From a virus (Duplodnaviria; Heunggongvirae; Uroviricota; Caudoviricetes): a stretch of DNA of 64,000 nt. Of the stretch, positions 1 through 9,878 are shown in pieces (position 1 is the stretch's first letter; each line of letters starts with the position of its first letter). The notes beneath the pieces were generated by a model. That model was given only the letters and a program-made list of their open reading frames with translations. It had not been told where the DNA came from and did not search any database. Location: IMG/VR virus record IMGVR_UViG_3300013126_000009; one strand, written 5' to 3'. The translations under genes and the position numbers were made by a program.

Positions 1-31
1 TATATATAAATATCGTATAATCAATAATTTA

Positions 32-769
32 TTAAAGGTCACCATTATCGATACCATCAAATTTTATCAAACCATACATTACTTTATATCTTTTCATTGA
101 GTGTCGTATATCTTTGGTCGATAACCCAGAGATGTTTCGCATTATCTCCAATATTGCGATTTTATTGTATTTGTTACCTTCACTTAATGCTTTTAGTATT
201 GTTTCACGTTCTGTCAATATGGTAATTAAGGTATTACCAACCTTTTCCTCAATATCGGTTAATTTTCTAATATCGCCATTATTTGATGCGATTATTTCTT
301 TTTTTATTCCAGTAATTAAATTTTCGATAAATTTATCCAGATTAATATCTGTGGATTCCATTTCATATTGATATTCATCAGTTGTTTCTAAATATCCCTT
401 TACGTTATCCCAAGAATCAAACTTTTTTAAAGTTTTGTCATCATCGATAAGTCTACCAATCAGATAACGCTTAATAATTGTCCCATAGTAAGAATAAGCT
501 TTTGTATTCTTTGTACCATCAAATTTATCCGCTTTCATTATTAAGTTGCTGAGAGCATCAGCATGCAATTCTTCAAATGATATGCCTTCTCTATAGAGCT
601 TGTATCTTTTTATGATGTATTCCACCATCTTATTCAGAGGCTCCCTTAGGTGTTTGTTATAGATTATGTTACGTTCAGTTTGTGACTCTGAGCTAACATA
701 ATCTATAACTGCTTGTTCTTGCTCTGGGCCGAAATAGTTATTAGATGTTTTTTTTCGTCCCTTTGCCAT
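32..769 (-). CDS. Phage sigma factor, T4 gp55-like (late transcription)
   Basis: 245 aa; N-terminal NYF motif and region-2-like KFDGTKNTKAYSYYGTIIKRYL, resembling the gp55-family FDPxKxxNxFAYFTxI motif. Confidence 0.65.
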   Translation of the reverse strand: MAKGRKKTSNNYFGPEQEQAVIDYVSSESQTERNIIYNKHLREPLNKMVEYIIKRYKLYREGISFEELHADALSNLIMKADKFDGTKNTKAYSYYGTIIKRYLIGRLIDDDKTLKKFDSWDNVKGYLETTDEYQYEMESTDINLDKFIENLITGIKKEIIASNNGDIRKLTDIEEKVGNTLITILTERETILKALSEGNKYNKIAILEIMRNISGLSTKDIRHSMKRYKVMYGLIKFDGIDNGDL

Positions 770-778
770 ATTATTGAT

Positions 779-1570
779 TTAAGCTTCGTATTTTATTTTT
801 CTATCTTCTGACCAATAATATTCTTTTTTAGCTTGGTCAAGCCACCATTTTGACTCAACAGGGTTAAGCTCTGAAGTATATGAATGAAATAATGAACCTT
901 CGCGCATATTGGTGTGCTTATAACCGAATTTCGGTATTGTCATTACTTTGGCGTCATTATATGTCATTCTAAGTAGGAATTCATAAATAAATGTCAATTT
1001 AATTGACGGTTTGAATCCACCAAAATTGTCGAATAGTTCTTTTTTGATTACCATACCATCAATATTAAAATTTTGATACGCCAACAAAGCACCATTATCC
1101 AACATACCCATTTCATCTGAGAATCTATATGCCCATACAGCTTCGTTTGTTGTACCAACAAATTGCCCATTACCATCAACGTCAGCGATTATTGGTAAGA
1201 ATACATCCACTTCTGGATAAGCTTCTTTATATTCGACAACATTCTTAAACCAGATTTTAGCATATTCATCATCATATTCCAATATTGAAAGGTAGGTCGT
1301 TTCAACTTTGGATACACCAAAATTAACTTGACTACAGAAATCTGTTTCACCGTCATTTTCCAACACCTCAAAGATTGTTTTATTTTCACCAAAATCATAG
1401 GTTGACATATATTTGAATGCGTCACCCCCTTTTGGTACAACAATAAGTACCTTATCAGGCATTATTGTTTGTAGATTAATACTTTGAATTGCTATATCAA
1501 ATAACGGTTTAGTGTTATCATTCAATTCATGTACGGGTAATATTACCGTTACGTCAGTTTTATTGCTCAT
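779..1570 (-). CDS. Glycosyltransferase family 2-like (GT-A fold)
   Basis: DVTVILPVH N-terminal strand, LEYDDEY DxD-like motif, FGGF and YEFLLR motifs. Confidence 0.8.
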   Translation of the reverse strand: MSNKTDVTVILPVHELNDNTKPLFDIAIQSINLQTIMPDKVLIVVPKGGDAFKYMSTYDFGENKTIFEVLENDGETDFCSQVNFGVSKVETTYLSILEYDDEYAKIWFKNVVEYKEAYPEVDVFLPIIADVDGNGQFVGTTNEAVWAYRFSDEMGMLDNGALLAYQNFNIDGMVIKKELFDNFGGFKPSIKLTFIYEFLLRMTYNDAKVMTIPKFGYKHTNMREGSLFHSYTSELNPVESKWWLDQAKKEYYWSEDRKIKYEA

Positions 1571-2693
1571 TTGTTTCAGTTTTAGTTTCTTGTAATTGAT
1601 TTGTTTTTTCCATTAGAGTTTCAATCTCAGCAATTCTATTAGCTACTAAATTGTTATAAACAACCTCTAATTTATCTTTTTGTGCATCTGGTGTGTAATG
1701 ACCTCTTGACGTTTCCATACCATCTAGGATTTCAGCTGGTTCGCTATCTTCTAAATAAAGTTTAAGATATCTACCTATTAGTTCTGGTATGTTCTGTGTA
1801 GTATTCGTCCAAATACCGTTATCTTTAACAATTGGGTAACCATCAGCATCTTTAGTTTCCATCCATTCAGGTAGAATGTTTGGCATTTTACCGATTACTG
1901 GTGTTCTACACTCCATAGCTTCGATTGGGAATGTACCAAAACCAGATAAGTCATCAACCCATACCGCTAAGCAAGATTCAGCCAATTCTTGCGCAAATTG
2001 TTTTCTTGGTAACCCTCTAAGTTCTTTGAACGTAATCCATTTATATAACGGGTATTGTAAGTAGAATGACTTGGTTATTTTAATAATGTCACTTTGATTT
2101 CTAGCGACTAAAGTAACAATCGGTTTTTTAGGCTTATCATTGGGTTTAAAGTATTCAGGAATACTAACTGGGATTACATGTGCATTAATGTCTGGAAAGT
2201 GGTTTTTAATATGTTCAGCAACCCTATTACTGGTTGTAATTACATCATTGAATCCATAGTCAATTGTCCATCTTCTACCGATTGGTAAAACCTCAAACAT
2301 ATATTCTGGACTTTGTGCGAAAACAATTTTCTTACAAGCCATATTTTTTACCTGTTCCATTACACTGGCAAAAATCTCAGGAATGAACATAAAGTCACTA
2401 GGCTTTACCTGTAGTTCTTGTGATTCAATTGAAATGTGGCTTAGTTCGGCATATTCTTCACCTAACCAATCTGCGATACCCATACCCTCATCGTTACCTC
2501 TCAAACGGTAATCGTTTCTCTCGTGTAAAATATGGGCTTTATAACCCATTTCGGTCAATAGTTTTACATGTTCATAGATATTGGCAACACCAGCGGTTGG
2601 ATTACCCTTCGTATCCAATGTGAAAAAGTAAAAGTTTGATTCTTTGTTTTTTAGTTCATTAAGAACAGTTTCTAATTTATTAGTACTTTCCAT
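1560..2693 (-). CDS. Glycosyltransferase, GT4-like (GT-B fold)
   Basis: AGVANIYEHVKLL N-terminus, FIPE, and C-terminal GFGTFPIEAMECRTPVIG motif. Confidence 0.75.
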   Translation of the reverse strand: MESTNKLETVLNELKNKESNFYFFTLDTKGNPTAGVANIYEHVKLLTEMGYKAHILHERNDYRLRGNDEGMGIADWLGEEYAELSHISIESQELQVKPSDFMFIPEIFASVMEQVKNMACKKIVFAQSPEYMFEVLPIGRRWTIDYGFNDVITTSNRVAEHIKNHFPDINAHVIPVSIPEYFKPNDKPKKPIVTLVARNQSDIIKITKSFYLQYPLYKWITFKELRGLPRKQFAQELAESCLAVWVDDLSGFGTFPIEAMECRTPVIGKMPNILPEWMETKDADGYPIVKDNGIWTNTTQNIPELIGRYLKLYLEDSEPAEILDGMETSRGHYTPDAQKDKLEVVYNNLVANRIAEIETLMEKTNQLQETKTETNEQ

Positions 2694-2695
2694 TT

Positions 2696-3025
2696 TTATT
2701 CGTAAGTTTTTATTATATTATAATTTTCCAATGTATTGAATGCCATAACAAAGTCAAGTGGGGCATCTTTTAGTATTTTTTGTATCCCAAGCCCATTATC
2801 ACCATCTTCTGGCGCATATCGCATAACCGACTCCAATAGTGCTGAAGTTATCTCGTATTTTACTGTATTTATTTCTAACATGGATGGTGTTGATTTAACA
2901 GTTTCTTTAACTATTTTGTTACCATCTTTATCGGTGGTCGTTTCAACCATTTTTTCTTCGTAGAATTCTTCTTTTTTTTCTGTAACAAAGTCACAAAAAG
3001 CGTCAATATCAATGTAATAATCCAT
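2696..3025 (-). CDS. Hypothetical protein
   Basis: 109 aa ORF tightly packed in the operon. Confidence 0.75.
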   Translation of the reverse strand: MDYYIDIDAFCDFVTEKKEEFYEEKMVETTTDKDGNKIVKETVKSTPSMLEINTVKYEITSALLESVMRYAPEDGDNGLGIQKILKDAPLDFVMAFNTLENYNIIKTYE

Positions 3026-3039
3026 TAAGTTTTATTTTT

Positions 3040-3633
3040 TTAGTTATTTTCAATAATCGTTTGTCGTAAACCTTCATCACTAATAAAATCCAATAAGGAT
3101 TCAATTGTAAAATCAGCTTCATCTTCAGTATTGTATGAACATTTAACCTTTACAGCTGTTTTACCCTCTGGTTTTGATTCTAAAGCCATTGGATTAGCTG
3201 TTATTAGAATATCAGCATGTTCCCACATTTCTTCATACGATTTGAAAAATTTGATATTAGGGATTTCACATTCAAGTTTTGATAGAAAGAATAATGTGGC
3301 TGGAATTGCTCTACCAACCTCTCTGGACATTATAACAAATTCAACATCTTCCTCTTCGTCAATCATATCCATATATAATGTGTTAAGTTTACCCATTATA
3401 TTGTCATGTAGTTGGTCTGGATGACCGAATATCTCCAAAGAAGCTTCTTTATAGAAAAGATTATACATCTCTTCTTTTGATTCGAATTTATAATGTTTTA
3501 CCAAATCAAAATCGGTAACATCATCTTCAGTAACAACATATTCTTCGTCCTCACGTATTTTAGCCATAACATAACTTAGGTGGCCTAGGAAATCACGTAA
3601 AACCTCATCAATAGTAATACCTATAACTGTCAT
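3040..3633 (-). CDS. 5'(3')-deoxyribonucleotidase-like HAD-fold protein, degenerate catalytic motif
   Basis: IGITIDEVLRDF resembles IxIDxDEVLxD with the first Asp replaced by Thr; C-terminal SYN motif. Confidence 0.55.
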   Translation of the reverse strand: MTVIGITIDEVLRDFLGHLSYVMAKIREDEEYVVTEDDVTDFDLVKHYKFESKEEMYNLFYKEASLEIFGHPDQLHDNIMGKLNTLYMDMIDEEEDVEFVIMSREVGRAIPATLFFLSKLECEIPNIKFFKSYEEMWEHADILITANPMALESKPEGKTAVKVKCSYNTEDEADFTIESLLDFISDEGLRQTIIENN

Positions 3634-3653
3634 TTTAATAAGTTTAGATTATT

Positions 3654-3681
3654 AATATATGACAGATAATGGTTAAGTCAA
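3654..3681 (-). promoter_or_regulatory. Host-type promoter upstream of the HAD-like gene
   Basis: Minus strand TTGACT-N16-TATATT. Confidence 0.45.
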
Positions 3682-3682
3682 G

Positions 3683-4585
3683 TTACCATTCGATATTATC
3701 AGTTATGAATTTTTTAATACGCTCAATCAATGTTGGTTTTTTGGGTATTAATTGTTCTAAACTTTTAATTGTCTCAGTTGATGTATTTTCGGTTAGCAAT
3801 TGTTTTTTGGTTTGTGGTTTTGGTTTTTCGCCTCTAAGTTCTTTACTTAGTTTTTCGATATCTTCTTTTGGGTAGTTGTCCAATATTTTACCAATCAATG
3901 GGTTTCTAACTACATCAGAATTTTTAAACTCAAAGAAGCCTATTTCTGGTATATTCTGGTGTTTCATTATTATATCAAATAAACCACTGTCTCTCACATT
4001 CTTGTATCGGTCTGATTGGTCTAAGTCACCAGACAATATTAATTTACTATTTGACCCAATTCTGGTTAATATTGCTTTGCATTGGCTTGGTGATAGATTC
4101 TGAGCTTCTTCTATAATGATGATAGCGTTATCGATACTTTTACCTCTAATGAAACCTAGTGGTTGAATTATTAAACATTCTTTTTCCTCCAATCGCATTC
4201 GATTATATTTACCGATTATCTTATCAAATATATCCAAAGATGATGCGATATGTGGTTCAAGTTTTTCACGTTCAGTACCTGGAATAAAACCAAGTTTTTC
4301 GTCAGCTTCAACCGCAGGTTTTGATATTATAATTCGTGTGTAATTGTTTGATACATTTTGTAGTAATTCAATTGCTCTTGCTATTGAAACAAACGACTTG
4401 CCTGTACCGCTAGGCCCATATGCTATAGTTATTTCGTGGTCACTTATTATTCGAGCATATTCTTTTTGTGCCTCGTTTTTACATTTAAGTCTATATCTTT
4501 CTGGTAGTATTTTATTTACTATTGGTCCTAAATTAAAGTCTTCAGTTCTTGGGTTACTTGAAGGTCTTGTGGTTTTTTTTGCCAT
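3683..4585 (-). CDS. phoH: PhoH-family ATPase
   Basis: GPSGTGKS Walker A, LGFIPG, RGKS, IIEEAQN, TRIG, GDLDQSD, VVRNPL motifs; probable start MAKKTT at 4585 (ORF track extends to 4645). Confidence 0.93.
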   Translation of the reverse strand: MAKKTTRPSSNPRTEDFNLGPIVNKILPERYRLKCKNEAQKEYARIISDHEITIAYGPSGTGKSFVSIARAIELLQNVSNNYTRIIISKPAVEADEKLGFIPGTEREKLEPHIASSLDIFDKIIGKYNRMRLEEKECLIIQPLGFIRGKSIDNAIIIIEEAQNLSPSQCKAILTRIGSNSKLILSGDLDQSDRYKNVRDSGLFDIIMKHQNIPEIGFFEFKNSDVVRNPLIGKILDNYPKEDIEKLSKELRGEKPKPQTKKQLLTENTSTETIKSLEQLIPKKPTLIERIKKFITDNIEW

Positions 4586-4631
4586 GTATTGTAACTCTTT
4601 ACTATTAAATATTCTCGACAACTTATAAAAG

Positions 4632-5603
4632 TTATAAGTAGTCAATATAATTTACACAATCTGGAGCATTTTCTTTTCGTTCAACCATTTCATATTTTGA
4701 ATCCAATTCTTTTTCTCTGAATTGTTCAATTATGCTTTCAGCCCATACAATTGGTTTTGCAATGAATTTTATAACATAACTACCATCAAATTCTATTATT
4801 TTATCGTATGATTCTATCGCAAATTCAAAGTATCTATTATCGGAAATTCCAGTATCTTTATACGTCACAAATGATATTGAATCTATATTAATTAGTGTTG
4901 ATATTCTTGGGTTTTCAATTGTTTTTTTAACATCTATAATGAACATTTTATGTGTTCTATCATATTCGTCTGGATATTTGTTAACATAGAATTCCAATAA
5001 TTTTGTTTCACCATTTATGTCTCTGACATTTAATTTTTTAAGATATCGTTCTAATTTGAATTTTGGTGGGTATGTTCTTTTGATTAGTATTTTACCCTCT
5101 TTTTTAACGTATGTAGTATATTCGCTTAGGTCTATACTACCTAAAGGGTTTGATTCTATTACACCTAAAGAGTGTTTGGTTTCATCAACTTCTTTCAATA
5201 TATTACCATCCAACATATCGGTATAACCCATTGTTTCTGATGACGTATTATCAATTACCAATTCAAGTTCATATGGGTCATTATCATCTATTTTGACCTT
5301 TTTAAGTTTTTGTTTATAGACCTTATCTTTTGCCTCATACTTAACATTACCATCTTTATCGGTTGATATTGTAACGTCTTTACCTTGTAGGTAATCAAGA
5401 ATCTTAAACATTCGCCATCTAAGATTTTTAACCTCTTGGGTAACACGACCTTGCATAAGGTCAAGTATAAATTGATTTTGATTAACTTGTTGTTCTTGGC
5501 CTATATCATCGGATAATGAACCGCCACGTTGTTTAAGAGCATTTCTTTCAACGTTTGCCAAGGCCAGCATAAGGGCCAACATTTGACTGTGTAACCATTT
5601 CAT
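4632..5603 (-). CDS. Hypothetical protein
   Basis: 323 aa ORF, overlapping the stop of the upstream gene. Confidence 0.75.
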   Translation of the reverse strand: MKWLHSQMLALMLALANVERNALKQRGGSLSDDIGQEQQVNQNQFILDLMQGRVTQEVKNLRWRMFKILDYLQGKDVTISTDKDGNVKYEAKDKVYKQKLKKVKIDDNDPYELELVIDNTSSETMGYTDMLDGNILKEVDETKHSLGVIESNPLGSIDLSEYTTYVKKEGKILIKRTYPPKFKLERYLKKLNVRDINGETKLLEFYVNKYPDEYDRTHKMFIIDVKKTIENPRISTLINIDSISFVTYKDTGISDNRYFEFAIESYDKIIEFDGSYVIKFIAKPIVWAESIIEQFREKELDSKYEMVERKENAPDCVNYIDYL

Positions 5604-5863
5604 TTTTCTGCACGTAATTGTTCACTTTTTCTAACTTTATTCAGTTCAACAAATAACTCATCAATATAATTAAGCATATCATCTTTATCACCGTCAAATT
5701 TACGTATAAACCAATCTAAAAATGAAAGCGTGACGCCACAATGTTCCGTTACGGTGTTAAAGTATCCTATATCTCTAATATGATGTTGTGCTTGATTACC
5801 GATTAACATATCAATAATCGCTACTCTGTCTTTAATATCAACTGTTTCTTTATTTTTATGCAT
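5600..5863 (-). CDS. Hypothetical protein
   Basis: Probable ATG at 5863 (MHKNKETVDIK), overlapping the upstream stop. Confidence 0.6.
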   Translation of the reverse strand: MHKNKETVDIKDRVAIIDMLIGNQAQHHIRDIGYFNTVTEHCGVTLSFLDWFIRKFDGDKDDMLNYIDELFVELNKVRKSEQLRAEK

Positions 5864-6020
5864 TAAGTATATTGTTTTCTTGGTCAATAATAAAGTGTCT
5901 AATTGATTGTTTCTTTACAAATGATAATGCTTTATCAAAACTATCAAAAGTCTTTACTAATGTGAACGGAACTAACGGTTCCATGTGTCCATATGATACT
6001 GAGTCAAATATTCTATACAT
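5856..6020 (-). CDS. Small hypothetical protein (54 aa, not in ORF track)
   Basis: MYRIFDSVSYGHMEPLVPFTLVKTFDSFDKALSFVKKQSIRHFIIDQENNILNA exactly fills the gap between fcl and the next gene. Confidence 0.6.
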   Translation of the reverse strand: MYRIFDSVSYGHMEPLVPFTLVKTFDSFDKALSFVKKQSIRHFIIDQENNILNA

Positions 6021-6023
6021 AAT

Positions 6024-6959
6024 TTATTTCCTTACTTTATCGTAATTATTAACAAACCACTCAATTGTTTCTTTTAAACCATCACGCAATGGTGTAAACT
6101 CAAAATCTGGTAAATATTTTTTTAACTTTGAATTATCTGTAGGTTTTCTATATTGCCCGTCTGGTTTACTATCATCCCAAATAACATCCCCAGTGAAATT
6201 CATTAACTCAGTAATTAAATTGACGACCTCTTTTATTGAAACTTCTACAGATGGTGATAGTATTATTGGTTCTGGTTCATCGTAATTAGTTAAAACCCAT
6301 TCGGTTAATTTAGCCACGTCTTTATTATACATAAACTCCCTTAGTGGTTTACCTGTACCCCAAACGATTAAAGGTTCATTATTAATTTTAGCTAAATAAC
6401 ATTTATGAATTAATGACGGTATTACGTGACCATTTTCAATGTTAAAATTATCATTGATTCCATATATATTGGTTGGTATAACACATTTATAATTTAGACC
6501 ATATTGTTCTCGATATGCTCTTATCTGTATATCAGCCATACGTTTAGCATGGGCATAGGCATCATTTGAATTATGTGGTGGGCCTAAGTGTATTTTATCT
6601 TCGGTTAAAGGGTATGTAACGTCATCTGGAAAAATGCATGTTGATAAAAATACAACAAGATTTTTAATATTGTATTTTCTACAGGCTTCTATAACGTTAG
6701 TATTCATCATTATATTATCATAGAAGAATTCACCCTTATATGTCATATTAGCACCGACACCACCAACCTTAGCCGCAGTATGAATAACTCTATCAACAGC
6801 ATAGTCACCTTGTCTATCCCTATCAGTATAGAATTCAAATATATAGTCGGTACTTTTTTGGTTTCGTAAATCACACACTTTTGAATTTAGCGCTATGATA
6901 TTACCCTCAAATTGTGAACCGATTAAACCACTTTGACCTGTAACTAAAAGTCTCCCCAT
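6024..6959 (-). CDS. fcl: GDP-L-fucose synthase (GDP-4-keto-6-deoxymannose epimerase/reductase)
   Basis: VTGQSGLIG, AAKVGG, STCIFP, YAHAK, PTNIYGINDNF, HVIPSLI, WGTGKPLREF, KPDG motifs. Confidence 0.92.
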   Translation of the reverse strand: MGRLLVTGQSGLIGSQFEGNIIALNSKVCDLRNQKSTDYIFEFYTDRDRQGDYAVDRVIHTAAKVGGVGANMTYKGEFFYDNIMMNTNVIEACRKYNIKNLVVFLSTCIFPDDVTYPLTEDKIHLGPPHNSNDAYAHAKRMADIQIRAYREQYGLNYKCVIPTNIYGINDNFNIENGHVIPSLIHKCYLAKINNEPLIVWGTGKPLREFMYNKDVAKLTEWVLTNYDEPEPIILSPSVEVSIKEVVNLITELMNFTGDVIWDDSKPDGQYRKPTDNSKLKKYLPDFEFTPLRDGLKETIEWFVNNYDKVRK

Positions 6960-7948
6960 ACAATTTCTTTATTTTTACTTAATTTTTCCATCCAATAATC
7001 AATCATTTCATCTAACATTGAATAGAAATTATATTCTAATGTCCAACCTAATTCAGTTTGTGCTTTTTTTGAATCACCTCTAAGGTAATGTAATTCTTCA
7101 GCACGTTCAAATTTTTTATCTGTTTTTAAATAAGTTTTTTTATCTAATTTTAATTTACCAAATACATAATCAACTAATTCACCAACAGTTCTAGATTCAC
7201 CAGTAGCTAAAACGTAATCATCTGGTGTTTCTTGCTGCAACATTAACCACATACCCCTAACATAATCTTTTGCATGACCCCAATCTCTCATAGCATCTAA
7301 ATTACCTAAAACTAGTTTGTCAGATAGTCCTAATTTTATTTTAACCGCTTCTAAAACAACTTTATTAGTAACAAAGTTAACCCCCCTCCTAGGACTTTCA
7401 TGGTTAAATAAAATACCAGAACAAATAAACATATTATATGCGTTTCTATAATTATGACATAAACTATGTGCGTAAAGTTTACTACACCCATAAGGAGAAA
7501 CTGGTATTAGTGGTGTGGTTTCTCTTTGGAATTTATCTTCGTCATAAGAGTTACCAAACATTTCTGATGTGGCTGCATGATAAACTTTAGATTGTGGTGA
7601 GAATTTTCTAACCGCCTCTAATACAGCTAATGTACCACCAGCATTAACATCTAATGTATATTTAGGTAATTCAAAACTAATTTGTACGTGACTCTGAGCG
7701 GCTAAATGATAAATTTCATCTGGTTTTAAGTTACTTATAATTGATTCAACGCTTATGGTATCAGTTAAATCCATGTAATGTAAATTAATCAACTTCTTAA
7801 TACGTAAATGTTCTATTCTACTTGTTTGTGATTCTGGTACAGAATTTCTTCTGATAGTACCATGCACTTCATAATTTTTTTCTATTAGTAATTCAGCTAA
7901 ATAGGAAGCGTCTTGTCCATTAGCACCAATAATTAACGCTTTTTTCAT
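6944..7948 (-). CDS. gmd: GDP-mannose 4,6-dehydratase
   Basis: GANGQDASYLAE, LAAQSHV, TSEMFG, SPYGCSK, GILFNHESPRRG, LGNLDAMRDWGHAKDY. Confidence 0.96.
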   Translation of the reverse strand: MKKALIIGANGQDASYLAELLIEKNYEVHGTIRRNSVPESQTSRIEHLRIKKLINLHYMDLTDTISVESIISNLKPDEIYHLAAQSHVQISFELPKYTLDVNAGGTLAVLEAVRKFSPQSKVYHAATSEMFGNSYDEDKFQRETTPLIPVSPYGCSKLYAHSLCHNYRNAYNMFICSGILFNHESPRRGVNFVTNKVVLEAVKIKLGLSDKLVLGNLDAMRDWGHAKDYVRGMWLMLQQETPDDYVLATGESRTVGELVDYVFGKLKLDKKTYLKTDKKFERAEELHYLRGDSKKAQTELGWTLEYNFYSMLDEMIDYWMEKLSKNKEIVWGDF

Positions 7949-7951
7949 TAT

Positions 7952-9124
7952 TTATTTATTTAAAACTTTATTAATAATTTCACACACAAACGTAACTTCT
8001 TCTTCAGTCATTTCATGGTTGTTAGGTAAATATAATCCTTTATTATGTAACCAATCAGCATTTGGTGTTTTATAATTTTTAAATCGTTCATACCAGAATG
8101 GTTGTTGGTTTATTGACCCACAAATTAAAGGTCTACATTCAATATTATTCATTTCTAATTCACTAACCAATTCGTCAATTTTATCACTAATTATAGGATA
8201 AGCAAAATTAGATGTAAAGGAATTTTCTCTTGGTGAAATCTTCCATTCGTTATTATCAATTAGTTTATGATACAACTGATAATTTCTTTCCCTTATTTTA
8301 ACAATATCATCTATTTTATTCATTTGCTGAATACCTAAAAATGCTTGTAAATCGGTAGAACGTAAATTAAAACCTGGATGATAAAATGTATATAAAGCCC
8401 TAAAATCAGATACTTTATATTTTGTTCTTAATTCTTTTTTCTTATATTCTGGTAAGTCTCTGTCCCACCCATGACTTCGTATTGATAGTAATAAATGATA
8501 TAGTTCTTCATCATTAGTAGAAATCATCCCACCTTCTATTGTTGATATGTGATGACCAAAATAAAAAGAGAAGCTTCCCATATCACCAATAGAACCTAAT
8601 TTTTTACCATCATACATAGAACCTATCGACTCACACGTATCTTCAATGATAATAATATTGTTTTCCTCACATAATTTAACGATTTCATCCATATCATTTG
8701 AAAACCCTAACGCATGAACTAAAATTAAACTAGACGGTTTTTCTTTTTTAATGATTTGTTTTAGATTTTCAATATCTAAACCTAAATTATCTTTATTACA
8801 ATCACATAGGATTGGTTCTAACCCTAACTGAATTGCTGGTGATACTGTTGTTACCCAAGAAACTGCTGGTACAATAATTTTATTATTTTTCAATCGACCA
8901 GATAATATTAAAACGTAAATTGCAGCTAAATTAGCTGAAGAACCAGAGTTAACATAAACAGAATATTTTACATCTAACCATTCAGACCAAAGTTTTTCTA
9001 ATTCGATTGTTAATTCACCTTTAGTTAATCTAGGGTTGGTTTCTAACCAGCTAATTAATTTTTTAATATCGTCAAAATTTATAGTGTCTTTTACTAAACT
9101 TATTTTATCTCTTTTTGATATCAT
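7952..9124 (-). CDS. colD: PLP-dependent GDP-4-keto-6-deoxy-D-mannose 3-dehydratase (ColD-type, DegT/DnrJ family)
   Basis: VNSGSSANL, EDTCES, active-site SFYFGHHISTIEGG (His instead of Lys), RSHGWDR, GFNLRSTD, RPLICG. Confidence 0.75.
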   Translation of the reverse strand: MISKRDKISLVKDTINFDDIKKLISWLETNPRLTKGELTIELEKLWSEWLDVKYSVYVNSGSSANLAAIYVLILSGRLKNNKIIVPAVSWVTTVSPAIQLGLEPILCDCNKDNLGLDIENLKQIIKKEKPSSLILVHALGFSNDMDEIVKLCEENNIIIIEDTCESIGSMYDGKKLGSIGDMGSFSFYFGHHISTIEGGMISTNDEELYHLLLSIRSHGWDRDLPEYKKKELRTKYKVSDFRALYTFYHPGFNLRSTDLQAFLGIQQMNKIDDIVKIRERNYQLYHKLIDNNEWKISPRENSFTSNFAYPIISDKIDELVSELEMNNIECRPLICGSINQQPFWYERFKNYKTPNADWLHNKGLYLPNNHEMTEEEVTFVCEIINKVLNK

Positions 9125-9878
9125 CTAATGTATCTTTAATTAAATCATTATATTTAATTTCGGTGTCTAACCAAAAACTATTATTTTTATGCGGTGAACT
9201 ATTTGTTTTATCTTCAATTACATAATCTTCATATTTTAACCCACTTAATGAATAAAGATTTTTAATAAAATCTTTTAAATTAATTAAAACACCAGAAGCG
9301 ATTATCATGTCTTTATCACATTTAAGTGATTCATTAGCCAAAAATTTGGTATGAATTAAATCTCGATTTATATCTAAATCCCCAACCGTTATTTTATGTT
9401 TATTTATTATAGAATCAAAAATCTTGCTAAATAAAAAACCTTCTTTTCTATTTGTTGAATTAAAGTTAGTTGGGTGTATCATGAAAACATTTGACCACTC
9501 ACCTTTAGTTCTTTTTTCTAATAATAGATAATATAATAATTCTTTAGATTTGATATATGGTGAATAATTATATTTTATTGGTGTTTTTAATGTTACGGGA
9601 CCATTATGGCCATTCCATAGTTCAAAAGTTCCATAAATTATTATTTTCTTATTAAACTTACATATGATATCTATTATTTCACTGGTGTATTTAACATTAA
9701 CATTAATAAAATCTTCTTCGGTTAAATTTTTATTAAACGTTCTTTGTTCTGCAAATGTAATATAAACAACATCATAACCTTTGATTTTTTCAACATCAAT
9801 ATTTCTAGAAGAGATTTTGACAAAATCTTCTGGGAAGAAGGTACCTAATTGTGATGTGTTACCAATTACTAAATTCAT
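9105..9878 (-). CDS. NAD-dependent epimerase/dehydratase (SDR), divergent
   Basis: LVIGNTSQLG Rossmann-like start, SPYIKSK YxxxK, GDLDINRDLIH. Confidence 0.7.
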   Translation of the reverse strand: MNLVIGNTSQLGTFFPEDFVKISSRNIDVEKIKGYDVVYITFAEQRTFNKNLTEEDFINVNVKYTSEIIDIICKFNKKIIIYGTFELWNGHNGPVTLKTPIKYNYSPYIKSKELLYYLLLEKRTKGEWSNVFMIHPTNFNSTNRKEGFLFSKIFDSIINKHKITVGDLDINRDLIHTKFLANESLKCDKDMIIASGVLINLKDFIKNLYSLSGLKYEDYVIEDKTNSSPHKNNSFWLDTEIKYNDLIKDTLDDIKKR

